Below, one piece after another: positions 54,106 to 63,482 of a stretch of DNA of 64,000 nt (position 1 is the stretch's first letter; every line of letters begins with the position of its first letter). The notes under the pieces were generated by a model. It was not told the DNA's origin, ran no database searches, and saw nothing but the letters and a program-made list of their open reading frames with translations. Source of the stretch: a bacterium. Lineage in GTDB: Bacteria > Joyebacterota > Joyebacteria > Joyebacterales > Joyebacteraceae. The DNA lies in the NCBI GenBank assembly GCA_025774245.1, contig JALGWI010000012.1, positions 10,230-74,229 of the forward strand. The letters are read 5' to 3'. The position numbers were made by a program, and so were the translations under genes.

Positions 54106-55029
54106 CTACTCCGTCGGCTCCGGCCGCGGCTCGGGCAGCTGGTCCGCGATGTCGAGAACGACCCTCCACCTGCCGTCCCCGCCCTTCTTCCAGATCTTGA
54201 GGTAGTTCCGCCTCTCGGCCGGCGCGTCACCCTCGGGCGTGAAGGTCGAGGCGCCGTAGGTGTACCCGAGGTCGCCCGACCGGGACACGTGCGCCGCCGC
54301 CGGCTCCCAGACGAGCGATCCCGGCGTCCGGGCGAGCGCGGCGAGCGCCGCGTCCTGGCCGGCCCGGGGCTCCCTCCCCTGCCGGTAGAGCCTGACGTCG
54401 CACGCCGTGTGCTTCCGGTACGCCTCGACCGAACCGGCGCTCGCGACGGCGTCCGCGAACCCCCGGTCGGCGTCGAGGAGCGCGAGCCTCTCGCCCTTGA
54501 GGTCGACCGCGGTGCCGCGCCATCCCGCGGGGAGCTCGGGGTGCGTCACCTCGCGAACCGGCGCTCCCCCGACGCCGGCGTCGGGCGCGGGCTCGGCGTG
54601 CGAGATGCCGATGTCGATCGCGACCCGCCAGGCGCCGCCGGACTCCCGCTTCCAGACCGACACGTACTGGCCGTGGTAGGTGACTTCGCCGTCGGCGGTC
54701 GCGCGGGTGTGCGTCCACGGACCCGTGGTGTACCCCATGTCGCCCCCGCGCGAGATGTCGGCGTAGACCGGCCCCCACGACAGCACGGACGAGTCCGCCG
54801 TGCTCTTCTCGTACCACGCCCTCGCGTCGACCGGCTCGGGCTGGAAGGCGATCGAGCCTTCGCCGAGATACTCGAGGAAGGCGGCGCGCCAGCCGCGGTC
54901 GAGCGACGCCTGCGCGAACGCGCGCTCGGCGTCGACGAGGCTCCCGAGCTCAGATTCCATGTCGCCCACCCGCGCGCATCCGAACGAGACGAGCGCGACG
55001 AGCGCCGTCAGTAGCACCGCGGTTCTCAT
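54106..55029 (-). CDS. secreted (probable lipo-)protein with two SnoaL/DUF4440-like (NTF2 fold) domains
   Basis: Signal peptide MRTAVLLTALVALVSFGC. Two repeats of the pattern ERAFAQASLDRGWRAAF...YVSVWKRESGGAWRVAIDI and DRGFADAVA...YLKIWKKGGDGRWRVVLDI. Confidence 0.65.
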   Translation of the reverse strand: MRTAVLLTALVALVSFGCARVGDMESELGSLVDAERAFAQASLDRGWRAAFLEYLGEGSIAFQPEPVDARAWYEKSTADSSVLSWGPVYADISRGGDMGYTTGPWTHTRATADGEVTYHGQYVSVWKRESGGAWRVAIDIGISHAEPAPDAGVGGAPVREVTHPELPAGWRGTAVDLKGERLALLDADRGFADAVASAGSVEAYRKHTACDVRLYRQGREPRAGQDAALAALARTPGSLVWEPAAAHVSRSGDLGYTYGASTFTPEGDAPAERRNYLKIWKKGGDGRWRVVLDIADQLPEPRPEPTE

Positions 55030-55059
55030 GTCTCCTCCCGTCGGGGGTCGCCTGGTTCC

Positions 55060-55111
55060 TTCGGTTCACTCGGGTTCTTCGTTCACTCGGGTCCTTCGTT
55101 CACTCGGCCCC
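55060..55111. repeat. three tandem ~17-nt direct repeats spanning the stop codon of the S9 peptidase gene
   Basis: Plus strand reads TTCGGTTCACTCGGGTTC / TTCGTTCACTCGGGTCC / TTCGTTCACTCGGCCCC. The third copy contains the TGA stop (55100-55102, minus strand). The array ends 31 nt upstream of the ATG at 55029. Confidence 0.7.
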
Positions 55112-57568
55112 TTCCGGCTCCGCGTTCTTCACGTACGTCTCGAGCCACCGGTTCGTCTCCCAGAGGAGGTGCAGGAGCGATTCCCTCGCCCGGTAGCTGT
55201 GCCGCTCGTGCGGGAGCATCACGAGCCGCGCGATCGCGCCGTGTCCCTTGAGCGCGTTGTAGAACCGTTCGCTCTGCATCGGGAACGTGCCGGAGTTGTC
55301 GTCGGCCACGCCGTGCACGAGGAGGATCGGCTCGTCGATCTTGTCGGCGTGCATGAACGGAGACATCTGGAAGTAGACGTCGGGCGCCTCCCAGAGCGAG
55401 CGGTCCTCCGCCTGGAACCCGAACGGAGTGAGCGTCCTGTTGTACGCGCCGGTGCGCGCGAGCCCCGCGGCGTAGAGGTCGGAGTGCGCGAGGAGGTTCG
55501 CCGCCATGAACGCGCCGTACGAGTGCCCGCCGATGGCGATCCTGTGCCGGTCGGCGGCGCCGCGGCGAACGACCTCGTCGACCGCCGCCTCGGCGCTCGC
55601 CACGAGCTGTTCGACGTAGGTGTCGTTCGGGGCCTCGTCTCCCTCGCCCACGATCGGCATCGTCGGCCTGTCGAGGACCGAGTACCCCTGCGTGAGCCAC
55701 AGGAGCGGCGACCACCAGCCGACCCGGTCGAACCGGTACGGGGAGTCGTCGACCTGGCCGGCGGCGCTCGCGCTCTTGAACTCGCGCGGGTAGGCCCACA
55801 TCACCATCGGGAGCGGACCGTCGTCGGGCGCGTGCCCCGGCGGCAGGTAGAGCGTGCCGGACAGCTGGACGCCGTCGGCCCGTTCGTACTGGATGAGCTC
55901 CTTCGTGTAGCCCCGAAGCTCGGGCGTCGGGTGCGGGAAGAACGTGAGCTGCCGGCTCCTCCCCTCGGCGAGGTCGCGCAGGAAGTAGTTCGGCACCTCG
56001 TCGACCGACTCCCGCTGCGTGACGACGTAGCGCCCGACCTTGCTCAGCGGGGTGATCGGCAGCTCGTAGTACGGCGCCTCCGAGCGGAAGAGGCGCGAGG
56101 TCTCGTTGTGGTACGTGTCGAACGCATCGAGGAACGGGCGATCGCCCTCGGGCGAGGCTCCCTCCCCGATCATGAAGATCGTGTTCGCGTCGTCGGCGGT
56201 CAGGACGACCTGCCGGCCGTACGCGTTACTGATCATGACCGGCGTGCCGGGGTCGGCGTACCTGTCCTCGTACGACCGGTCGATGAGAAGCTCGGGCAAG
56301 GCCGCCGGATCGCCCGGACGGACGCGCCAGAGGTGGAGCCTGCGCTCCGCCCACCACCACTCCCTCACGAGCGCGAGGCCGTCGTGCGCCCAGAGGATCC
56401 TCGAGTACCTGAGCGGGAGCGTCATGAGGACGGTCGGCGAGCCGTCGAACGGCGCCTCGAGGAGGAAGACGCGGTCGCGCTCCCCGGTCTCGACGCGCGC
56501 GTCGCCGCCGTCGAGCGCCTCGGCCCAGTAGAGCGTGGCGGGAGCGTCGGGACGCCACAGCACGTCGCGAGGTCCCTCGGCCACGCTGTTGCGGGCGATC
56601 GGGATCTGGTCCCGGAGCGGGAGATCGACGACCTCGTGCACGACGTTGCCCTCGAGGTCCCACACCTGGATCGCCATCGGGAACCGCCACGCCGTCACGA
56701 GGTACGAGAACGGGCGGTGAAGCATGTGGACGAGCACGTACCTCCCGTCCGGCGACGGATCGAAGTCCCAGAAGATCGCGGCCTCGCCGACGGGCGTGAC
56801 CGTCCCGTCGAGCGAGACGAGCGCGAGCCGCGTCGTCAGGTAGTGCTCGAAGAGCTCCTCGTCGTGCGCGCTCTCGAGGAGATACTGGTAGGTCCGCGCC
56901 GGCGCTTCCTCGCCGAGGTTCTCCTGGATCGTCGGCCCCTCGGGAACGCTCGGCGGCTCGGGCGCGGGGCCGCGGCCGCGTTTCGCCTCTTCCACGAGGC
57001 ACGCGAGGATCGTCTCCCCGTCGTACATCCATTTGGGCGGCGCCTGCGCCGTCAGGCTCACGACCGGCCCGAGCACACGCGTCGCCCTGCCGGTCGCCAC
57101 CTCCGCCGTCCATAGCTCGACGCCGTCGGGCGTCGTGTTCGTGAACGCGATCCTCGTTCCGTCGGGCGACCAGGTCGCGTCCCGGACGCGGGGATCCGCG
57201 GGAAGCCCCGTGACGGCGCGCTCCTCGTGTTCCGAGATCCGGGTGAACGAGAGATCGACGTACGACCAGGCCCAGCTGGGAGCGTGGTTCTTCGGGTTGA
57301 TCCTCTGGCCCGCGAGCCCCAGCTCGGGCCGGGCCAGCTCCTCGATCGACGGGTAGTTCTGCCGCGTCATCAGGAGCGCCCACTCGCGGTCGGGCGAGAG
57401 GCTCACCCGCGGCGTGCGCGGCGCGTCGACGATGTCGACGAGGATCTGCGGCGGTTCACGGTAGACGCCGTCGGTCGACTCGGAGGCGGCCGGCGGCGCC
57501 GAAGCGACGACGCAGGCGATCGCGACGGCCGAGGCGATCGTCGCGCGACGGGCGTGGTCTGGAATCAT
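55100..57568 (-). CDS. secreted S9 family serine peptidase (prolyl oligopeptidase/dipeptidyl-peptidase type) with N-terminal beta-propeller
   Basis: ATG at 57568 is preceded by GAGGAG. Signal peptide follows. WSPDG propeller motifs. Catalytic block IAIGGHSYGAFMAANLLAH, then LLVHGVADDN and PHERHSY. The upstream 369 codons of the track ORF overlap the ATP-grasp gene. Confidence 0.85.
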   Translation of the reverse strand: MIPDHARRATIASAVAIACVVASAPPAASESTDGVYREPPQILVDIVDAPRTPRVSLSPDREWALLMTRQNYPSIEELARPELGLAGQRINPKNHAPSWAWSYVDLSFTRISEHEERAVTGLPADPRVRDATWSPDGTRIAFTNTTPDGVELWTAEVATGRATRVLGPVVSLTAQAPPKWMYDGETILACLVEEAKRGRGPAPEPPSVPEGPTIQENLGEEAPARTYQYLLESAHDEELFEHYLTTRLALVSLDGTVTPVGEAAIFWDFDPSPDGRYVLVHMLHRPFSYLVTAWRFPMAIQVWDLEGNVVHEVVDLPLRDQIPIARNSVAEGPRDVLWRPDAPATLYWAEALDGGDARVETGERDRVFLLEAPFDGSPTVLMTLPLRYSRILWAHDGLALVREWWWAERRLHLWRVRPGDPAALPELLIDRSYEDRYADPGTPVMISNAYGRQVVLTADDANTIFMIGEGASPEGDRPFLDAFDTYHNETSRLFRSEAPYYELPITPLSKVGRYVVTQRESVDEVPNYFLRDLAEGRSRQLTFFPHPTPELRGYTKELIQYERADGVQLSGTLYLPPGHAPDDGPLPMVMWAYPREFKSASAAGQVDDSPYRFDRVGWWSPLLWLTQGYSVLDRPTMPIVGEGDEAPNDTYVEQLVASAEAAVDEVVRRGAADRHRIAIGGHSYGAFMAANLLAHSDLYAAGLARTGAYNRTLTPFGFQAEDRSLWEAPDVYFQMSPFMHADKIDEPILLVHGVADDNSGTFPMQSERFYNALKGHGAIARLVMLPHERHSYRARESLLHLLWETNRWLETYVKNAEPEGAE

Positions 57569-57677
57569 GCGGGTTGTCTCCTCGGTCGCTTCCCTCAAGA
57601 TGGCCCCCGCACCGCGGGGAGATCGTTCCGCGCCGCGGGAAGACCGCCCCGCGCCGCCGGTGTCCATGACGACGAAG

Positions 57678-57695
57678 CATCCGTCGTAACGGATG
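57678..57695 (-). terminator. hairpin downstream of ATP-grasp gene (weak terminator candidate)
   Basis: CATCCGT-nnnn-ACGGATG: perfect 7-bp stem, 4-nt loop, ~35 nt after the stop at 57730. There is no clear U-tract. Confidence 0.3.
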
Positions 57696-57729
57696 TACGA
57701 CAACTCGCGCGAGATGTCCAGAGGGTTTG

Positions 57730-58797
57730 CTAGACGATGTTGTGCTTCTGATAGAAGGCCCGCACGCGCGGAAGGGAGAGAAGCGGCAGGTAGACCTGAT
57801 GGCCGAGATCGGGGTAGTTGTTCCCCTCGATCACCGTGAACCCACTGTCCGTGACGACGACGTCCCAACCGACGTAGGGGATGTACGACATCTCCTTCGC
57901 GACCTCGAGCAGCTTCGAAGTGACGAACTGCCAGTGCGGGACGACGAGGCCCGTGATCTTCGCGCCCGTGTCGGGGTGCGTCGTGTGCGACCTGGTCTCC
58001 GGGTCCATGTGTCCCGAGTGGGCGCTCCCGAGGACGCCCGTCTCGACGTCGACCTGGCAGCTCAGCCCGCCCTGCGAGCAGTTGTCGACCGGGGCGCTCG
58101 AGGGCCTCCCGAACCGGTGCCCGGCGAACGGGATGAACGGCTCGCCCGCGTCGTAGTCCCACATCGAGAGGAGCCTGATCGAGTTCGTCGAGTCCGGGAA
58201 GATCGTCGACGCGTACTCGTGCTGGCGGACGAACTCGCAGAGGACGACCTCGTCCAGCCGGTCGAGGAAGGTCCTCATCTGGTCGGCCGTCTTCTCGACG
58301 CCGTTCAGGTGGAGCTTCCCGTCGACGGCGTTCAGGGTCGAGACGCTGACGCCGCTCCCTCCGCCGTACGGCTTCACGACGAAGTGCCCGCCCCCGAGGA
58401 TCGACTCGATGATCTCGTCGGGAGTGCTCATCCGGTGGCGATCGCCAACCTGGACGAACCTGCCGCGCGTCACGATGCAGTAGTACTCGGGAACGTCGAG
58501 GCCGTAGCTCGCGACGAGACGCGAGAAGACCACCTTGTTGTTGAGCGCGCTGCCGAAGCGTCCGTTGATGCTGGGCGTCTTGACGTAGCGGGCGTAGTCC
58601 GAGACGAAGTCGGTGTAGTTCGCAGGCGTCAGCTCGTAGCGCACGGACGAGAAGCCGAGGAACCCCTTCCGCCACGCCCAGATCCTGCGTCCGAGCGGCA
58701 CCCTGAACGGGCAGTGGAGCTCGCGCTGGACGAGCCTCTGGAAGTTGCGCGCCGCCTGGCCGGCGGTGAAGACGCGTTCCCCGATGTCGCGTGGCAT
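57730..58797 (-). CDS. ATP-grasp enzyme of the sugar-transfer-associated (ATPgrasp_ST / alpha-L-glutamate-ligase-related) type, paralog 2
   Basis: ATG at 58797 (GGGGGA upstream) gives an N-terminus colinear with the paralog. Blocks: DVPEYYC, VVKPYGGGSGVSV, EFVRQHEYASTIFPDSTNSIRLLSMWDY, PVDNCSQGGLSCQVDVETGVLG, PYVGWDVVVTDSGFTVIEGN. Confidence 0.7.
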   Translation of the reverse strand: MPRDIGERVFTAGQAARNFQRLVQRELHCPFRVPLGRRIWAWRKGFLGFSSVRYELTPANYTDFVSDYARYVKTPSINGRFGSALNNKVVFSRLVASYGLDVPEYYCIVTRGRFVQVGDRHRMSTPDEIIESILGGGHFVVKPYGGGSGVSVSTLNAVDGKLHLNGVEKTADQMRTFLDRLDEVVLCEFVRQHEYASTIFPDSTNSIRLLSMWDYDAGEPFIPFAGHRFGRPSSAPVDNCSQGGLSCQVDVETGVLGSAHSGHMDPETRSHTTHPDTGAKITGLVVPHWQFVTSKLLEVAKEMSYIPYVGWDVVVTDSGFTVIEGNNYPDLGHQVYLPLLSLPRVRAFYQKHNIV

Positions 58798-58895
58798 GCT
58801 TCGTCCCCCGCTCGATGAGCGAACCCGCCCCACGACCCCTCCTGCGGAGCGGCGCGGCTGACGGCGAGTCAGGGCAGGTCAGTTCGCAATGCTCC

Positions 58896-58925
58896 AGTAT
58901 ACCCCGAGGGGCGTCCGGGACGCAA
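58896..58925 (-). promoter_or_regulatory. sigma-70 type promoter candidate (TTGCGT-N18-TATACT)
   Basis: Minus strand: -35 TTGCGT (58925-58920), 18-nt spacer, -10 TATACT (58901-58896). It lies in the 195-nt gap between the two ATP-grasp genes. Confidence 0.4.
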
Positions 58926-58992
58926 TCTCAGAAACATGACAGGAAATCGGAGGTGTGGCCGGGGAACCGGCGTAAGCCCGCAGAGGGGGCCG

Positions 58993-60063
58993 CTAGAGCA
59001 CCCCGTGGTGCCGGTAGAAGCTCCGGACGCGGGGATCGATGAGGAGCGGGGCCAGGATCTGGAGGCCGTGGACGTCGGTGTAGCTGTTCCCCTCCGTCAC
59101 GGTGAATCCGTCCTCGGTGACGACGATGTCCCAGCCGACGTACGGGAGGAACGGCATCTCCCCGGCCAGCTCGAGGACCCGGGAGGTGATGTACTCCCAG
59201 CGCGGCACGAGCACGCCCTCGATCCGGGCGCCGGTGTCGGGATGGAACTCGTGCCAGTCCATCTTCGACCCCCGCGGATAGGTCGCCCCCTTGCCGAGGA
59301 CGCCGGTCTCGAGGTCGACCTGTGCGATGAGGCCACCGCGGGTCCAGTTGTCGACGGGGATCGTGGTGTGCGACCCGAAGCGCTGCGCCGCGAGCGCGAT
59401 GAAGGGCTCGTCGCGCTCGTAGTCCCACATCGTGAGGATGCGAATCGAGTTGGCGGTGTGGGGGTAGATGGTGGACGCGTACTCGTGCTGCTGGACGAAC
59501 TCGGAGATGACCGCCTCGGGCATCGACTCGAGGAGCGCCTTGAGGTCGTCGCGCGAGGCCTCCACCTCGTTGACGTAGAGCTTCCCGTTCGTCGCCGACA
59601 TCACGGCGATGTTGACTCCGCTTCCGCCGCTGAACGGCTTCACGATGAGCCGGTGCTCGGCGCGGCAGGCGTCGACGACCGCGTCGATGCTGGTCATGTC
59701 GTACTTGTTTCCGATCGGGGTGAGCGATCCGCGAGAGACGAGGCAGTAGTACTCGGGCACGTCCGCCCCCAGGCTGCGGAGGATGCCGGAGAAGACGACC
59801 TTGTTGTCGAGCGCCGGGCGGAACCGCCCGTTGATCCGCATGGTTCTGATGAAGCGAGCGTAATCGGAGACGTAGTCCGAGAGCTTGTTCCTGCGGAGGT
59901 CGTAGAGGACCCAGTCCTCGCTCAGGAAGCCCCGGCTCCACAGCCAGAGCTTCTTCGCGAGCGGGACCCGGACGGGAGAGCGCAGCTCCCGCAGCAGCAG
60001 CTGCTGGAACTGCCTGACCGAGTGGGCCCAGTTGAGGGCCCTGTATGCGAAGCTGCCGTTCAA
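58993..60063 (-). CDS. ATP-grasp enzyme of the sugar-transfer-associated type, paralog 1
   Basis: 356 aa. TTG start with GGAGG 6 nt upstream. Blocks: DVPEYYC, IVKPFSGGSGVNI, EFVQQHEYASTIYPHTANSIRILTMWDY, PVDNWTRGGLIAQVDLETGVLG, PYVGWDIVVTEDGFTVTEGN. Confidence 0.7.
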   Translation of the reverse strand: MNGSFAYRALNWAHSVRQFQQLLLRELRSPVRVPLAKKLWLWSRGFLSEDWVLYDLRRNKLSDYVSDYARFIRTMRINGRFRPALDNKVVFSGILRSLGADVPEYYCLVSRGSLTPIGNKYDMTSIDAVVDACRAEHRLIVKPFSGGSGVNIAVMSATNGKLYVNEVEASRDDLKALLESMPEAVISEFVQQHEYASTIYPHTANSIRILTMWDYERDEPFIALAAQRFGSHTTIPVDNWTRGGLIAQVDLETGVLGKGATYPRGSKMDWHEFHPDTGARIEGVLVPRWEYITSRVLELAGEMPFLPYVGWDIVVTEDGFTVTEGNSYTDVHGLQILAPLLIDPRVRSFYRHHGVL

Positions 60064-60211
60064 AGCGCTTCCTCCGACGGACGACCAGGCGCGGGCGTCA
60101 CAGGATCTCGATCGCGTCCTTCGCCCTGATCGCGCCGGATCTCACGACCCGCGCGGATCTCGCCGCGTCCTCCGCTCCGTCGTCGGATCGTCGGCCCCGC
60201 TGGGCTGCCTT

Positions 60212-61000
60212 CTAGACGGGCGATCCGTTCGACACCTTGCGCGCGATGTAGTACAGCCAGGAGCTGTCCTCGTCCGCGCCGTCGAGGGGAATGGAACTCC
60301 CAGAGGAATCATACACCTCGAGCGGCTCGAAGCCAACGTCACGGAGCTGAGCGGACTGCGTCCGCTGATCGATGTAGTACGTGATGAGCGCGTAGTTGTG
60401 GGAGCTGTCGTTGATGATGGAGTAACCCTGCTCATCGCGCTCGTACGCCTTGTTCTGCACCCGGTTGCGCATTCGCCTCCGGTGCAGGACGATGCGCCTC
60501 ATCTGGGCGATGGGATCGGCGGTGAAATCGAGCTCGGGCTCGGTCCGGCAGTGCCGGTAGTTCCTGTTGTGCGTCGAGAAGACGTAGATCCCACCGTCGG
60601 CGAGCACCCTTCGGCACTCGGAGAGGCCCTGGATTCTGTCCTCGTGGCCGAGCGAGTCGAGACCGTTGTTTGCGAAAAGCACGAAGTCGAACTGCCCGTC
60701 CTTGAAGGTGCTCATGTCCCTCACGTCGCAGCAGAGGCACTCGATCTCCGAGAACCGCCTCTTGCAGTGGTCGACCATTCGTGAGGAGTAGTCAACGCAG
60801 GAATAGGATGCGGCCCAGCGGCACATGTACTCCGTGGTCCGCCCGGCGCCTGCCCCCACGTCCAGGACCCGCTTCCCGGCGAAGGCGTTCTGGTACTTCA
60901 TGAAGATCATAACCTCGGCGATCTGGAGCGGGTACCGGGTGTACTGCTCCACGAGCCGCCGACTCTCGTACGTTCCTCGATTGATAGCGTCGTACGACAT
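60212..61000 (-). CDS. class I SAM-dependent methyltransferase
   Basis: ATG at 61000 (G-rich/GAGAG upstream). VLDVGAGAGRTTEY (motif I), CCDVRDM, FDFVLFANNGLD, LADGGIYVFSTHN. Confidence 0.8.
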   Translation of the reverse strand: MSYDAINRGTYESRRLVEQYTRYPLQIAEVMIFMKYQNAFAGKRVLDVGAGAGRTTEYMCRWAASYSCVDYSSRMVDHCKRRFSEIECLCCDVRDMSTFKDGQFDFVLFANNGLDSLGHEDRIQGLSECRRVLADGGIYVFSTHNRNYRHCRTEPELDFTADPIAQMRRIVLHRRRMRNRVQNKAYERDEQGYSIINDSSHNYALITYYIDQRTQSAQLRDVGFEPLEVYDSSGSSIPLDGADEDSSWLYYIARKVSNGSPV

Positions 61001-61088
61001 CTCTCTACCCCCCGCGGTTGAGGCCACGGCGGGAAAACATGCAAAAAGTGGGCCGAATCTCGTGCCACGGCGGAGGACTTGTGGATCT

Positions 61089-61382
61089 TCAGGTGGCCGG
61101 ATGGAGGGTCACGATCGTGGCGCCCCAGCCCCCGGGATCGTGCCCGGCGAGCCGGAACGAGGCGACCTCGGGGGCCCGGCGGAGGAGGGCGTGGACGGTC
61201 TCCCGGAGGGCGCCGGTGCCCTTGCCGTGGACGATGCGCACCTCGAGGATGCCGCGCTCCCGGCAGGCCGCCAGGTAGTCGGGGACGAGCGTCTTGACGT
61301 CTCTCGGGTGGAAGGCGTGGAGGTCGAGCGTGCCGTCGATCGGGAGCTCGACGGCTCCTTCGTTGTCGGCGGCCTCAGGCAT
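61089..61382 (-). CDS. Smr domain protein (small MutS-related nuclease domain)
   Basis: ATG at 61382 overlaps the upstream stop by 8 nt. LDLHAFHPRDV, VRIVHGKGTGALRETV, typical Smr blocks, 97 aa. Confidence 0.75.
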   Translation of the reverse strand: MPEAADNEGAVELPIDGTLDLHAFHPRDVKTLVPDYLAACRERGILEVRIVHGKGTGALRETVHALLRRAPEVASFRLAGHDPGGWGATIVTLHPAT

Positions 61383-62904
61383 CGTCGCCGCCGGAGACGA
61401 GCACCCGGACGACGTCGGTCGCGGCGCGGAAGTCGACCTTGCCGCCGCCGGTCGTCGGGAGCTCCTCCACGGTGACGAACCTCTTGGGGAGCGCGATCGT
61501 GGGAAGCTGCTTCGCCATCTCGGCGTGGAGCCGCTTCTCGTCGACATCGCTCGTCACCGCGACGAGGATCCGCGACCCCTTGACGGGATCGGGGATGCCC
61601 ACGACGCAGAACTCGACGTCGTCGGGAAGGAGCGGCTCCAGCACGTGCTCGATCCCGACGAGCGACACCATCTCACCGCCGATCTTCACGAACCGCTTGA
61701 GACGGCCGGCGTGCCAGAGGTACCCGTCGGCGTCGAAGTACCCCATGTCGCCCGTGTCGTACCAGCCGCCGCGGATCGCCGCCGACGTCGCCTCGAGGTC
61801 GTTGAGGTAACCCTTCATCACGGAGTCGCCGCGGACGAAGATCTTCCCGGTCTCGAGCACGCCGCAGTCGTCGCCCGTCTCGAGGTTCTCGATCCGAAGC
61901 TCGACGCCCGGCAGCGGCCGCCCGACGCTCCCGGGCCTGTTGTCCTCGGGCGTGTTCGCCGAGATGCACGGCGAGGCCTCCGTCGCGCCGTATCCCTCGA
62001 GGAGCGTGATCCCATGCTTCTCCATGAAGCCCTGCCGGAGCGCGTCGGGACATTTGTCGGCGCCGACGATCGGCACACGGACGCTCGCGAAGTCGCCCGG
62101 CTCGGACGCGAGGAGGTAGCCGCGGAAGAAGGACGGCGTTCCGACCGCGATGGTCGGACGCTCCTCCCGCACGATCTTCGGAATCGCGCGGTAGTCGATG
62201 GGGTTCGCGTAGGTCACCAGCGTCATCGCGCGCCAGACGGCGACCCAGAGGTTGGCGGTCTGGCCGAGGACATGGAAGAGCGGGAGGTTGCCGAGGACGC
62301 TGTCGTCGTGTGCGAGGTGGAACAGCACATCCAGGTCCGCGACGTTCGACGAGATGTTCCTGTGCGTGAGGGGAACGGTCTTCGGCTCGCGCTCGCTCCC
62401 GCTCGTGAAGAGGACGAGGAGGTTGTCGTCCTCGTCGCCCCCGTGCACGAGCTTGAGGATGAGGGAGGCGGGGAGCGCGGCCACGACGGCCGCGAGGAGC
62501 TTCTGCCAGCCCGGGACCGCCTCCATGACGTCCTCGAGCATGACCATGCCGGCGATCGGCGTCACCTCGAGCTTCTCGAGGAGGGCGCGCGACGTGACGA
62601 TCGTCTTGAGCCCGCACTTCTCCTGCGCGTAGCGGGCGTTCTTCGCGGCGCCCGTCGCGTAGTTGACCATGACGGGCGTGCGGCCCGAGAGGAGCGCCCC
62701 CAGAATGGAGAGCACGCAGCCGGCCGACGTCGGGATCATGATGCCGAGGAGTCCTGGCTCGAACCTGCGGAAGCGCCACGAGAGGAGGAGCGCGCCGATG
62801 AGCGCGCGACCGTACGTCACGCGCCGGTGGAGCGTCCGGTCGACGATGAAGACCTTCTTCCTGTTCTTCGTCGCGTTCCGCACGAAGAGATGGTGGAGAA
62901 GCAT
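61375..62904 (-). CDS. AMP-dependent acyl-CoA / acyl-ACP synthetase (Aas-like adenylation enzyme)
   Basis: LFTSGSEREPKTVPLTHRN (AMP-binding core), GYGATEASP, WYDTGDMGYFDADGYLWHAGRLKRFVKIGGEMV, GGGKVD. GGGGAGGAA precedes the ATG. Confidence 0.85.
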   Translation of the reverse strand: MLLHHLFVRNATKNRKKVFIVDRTLHRRVTYGRALIGALLLSWRFRRFEPGLLGIMIPTSAGCVLSILGALLSGRTPVMVNYATGAAKNARYAQEKCGLKTIVTSRALLEKLEVTPIAGMVMLEDVMEAVPGWQKLLAAVVAALPASLILKLVHGGDEDDNLLVLFTSGSEREPKTVPLTHRNISSNVADLDVLFHLAHDDSVLGNLPLFHVLGQTANLWVAVWRAMTLVTYANPIDYRAIPKIVREERPTIAVGTPSFFRGYLLASEPGDFASVRVPIVGADKCPDALRQGFMEKHGITLLEGYGATEASPCISANTPEDNRPGSVGRPLPGVELRIENLETGDDCGVLETGKIFVRGDSVMKGYLNDLEATSAAIRGGWYDTGDMGYFDADGYLWHAGRLKRFVKIGGEMVSLVGIEHVLEPLLPDDVEFCVVGIPDPVKGSRILVAVTSDVDEKRLHAEMAKQLPTIALPKRFVTVEELPTTGGGKVDFRAATDVVRVLVSGGDDA

Positions 62905-62972
62905 CGTCGTTCCTCCCCTGGCGGCGGGGCGGGCGCGGGACCCGCCGGTCGCGCCGGTCGCGGGATCGGGGG

Positions 62973-63398
<426 letters not shown>

Positions 63399-63482
63399 GT
63401 TCTCACCTTACGCCCGGCGGGGCTCCGGCTCAAGGGGCGGATTCACGCGGGGCAGGTCGGCGGCCGCGTCACGGCGGCCGCG

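Noticed and set aside
58926-58985. Small minus-strand ORFs in the ATP-grasp island spacers (e.g. MFLRLRPGRPSGYTGALRT between the paralogs; a 14-codon GTG ORF at ~60090-60135) as RiPP precursor peptides
   Set aside because: They have no ribosome-binding sites, arbitrary composition and no Ser/Thr/Asp/Glu/Lys-rich core typical of ATP-grasp-modified peptides. The first overlaps the predicted promoter.
61040-61067. TGGCAC (minus strand, 61067-61062) and TTGCA (61044-61040) upstream of the methyltransferase gene as a sigma-54 promoter
   Set aside because: The two elements are separated by 17 nt instead of 5. The GG-N10-GC register is not met at any offset, so it is incompatible with RpoN binding.
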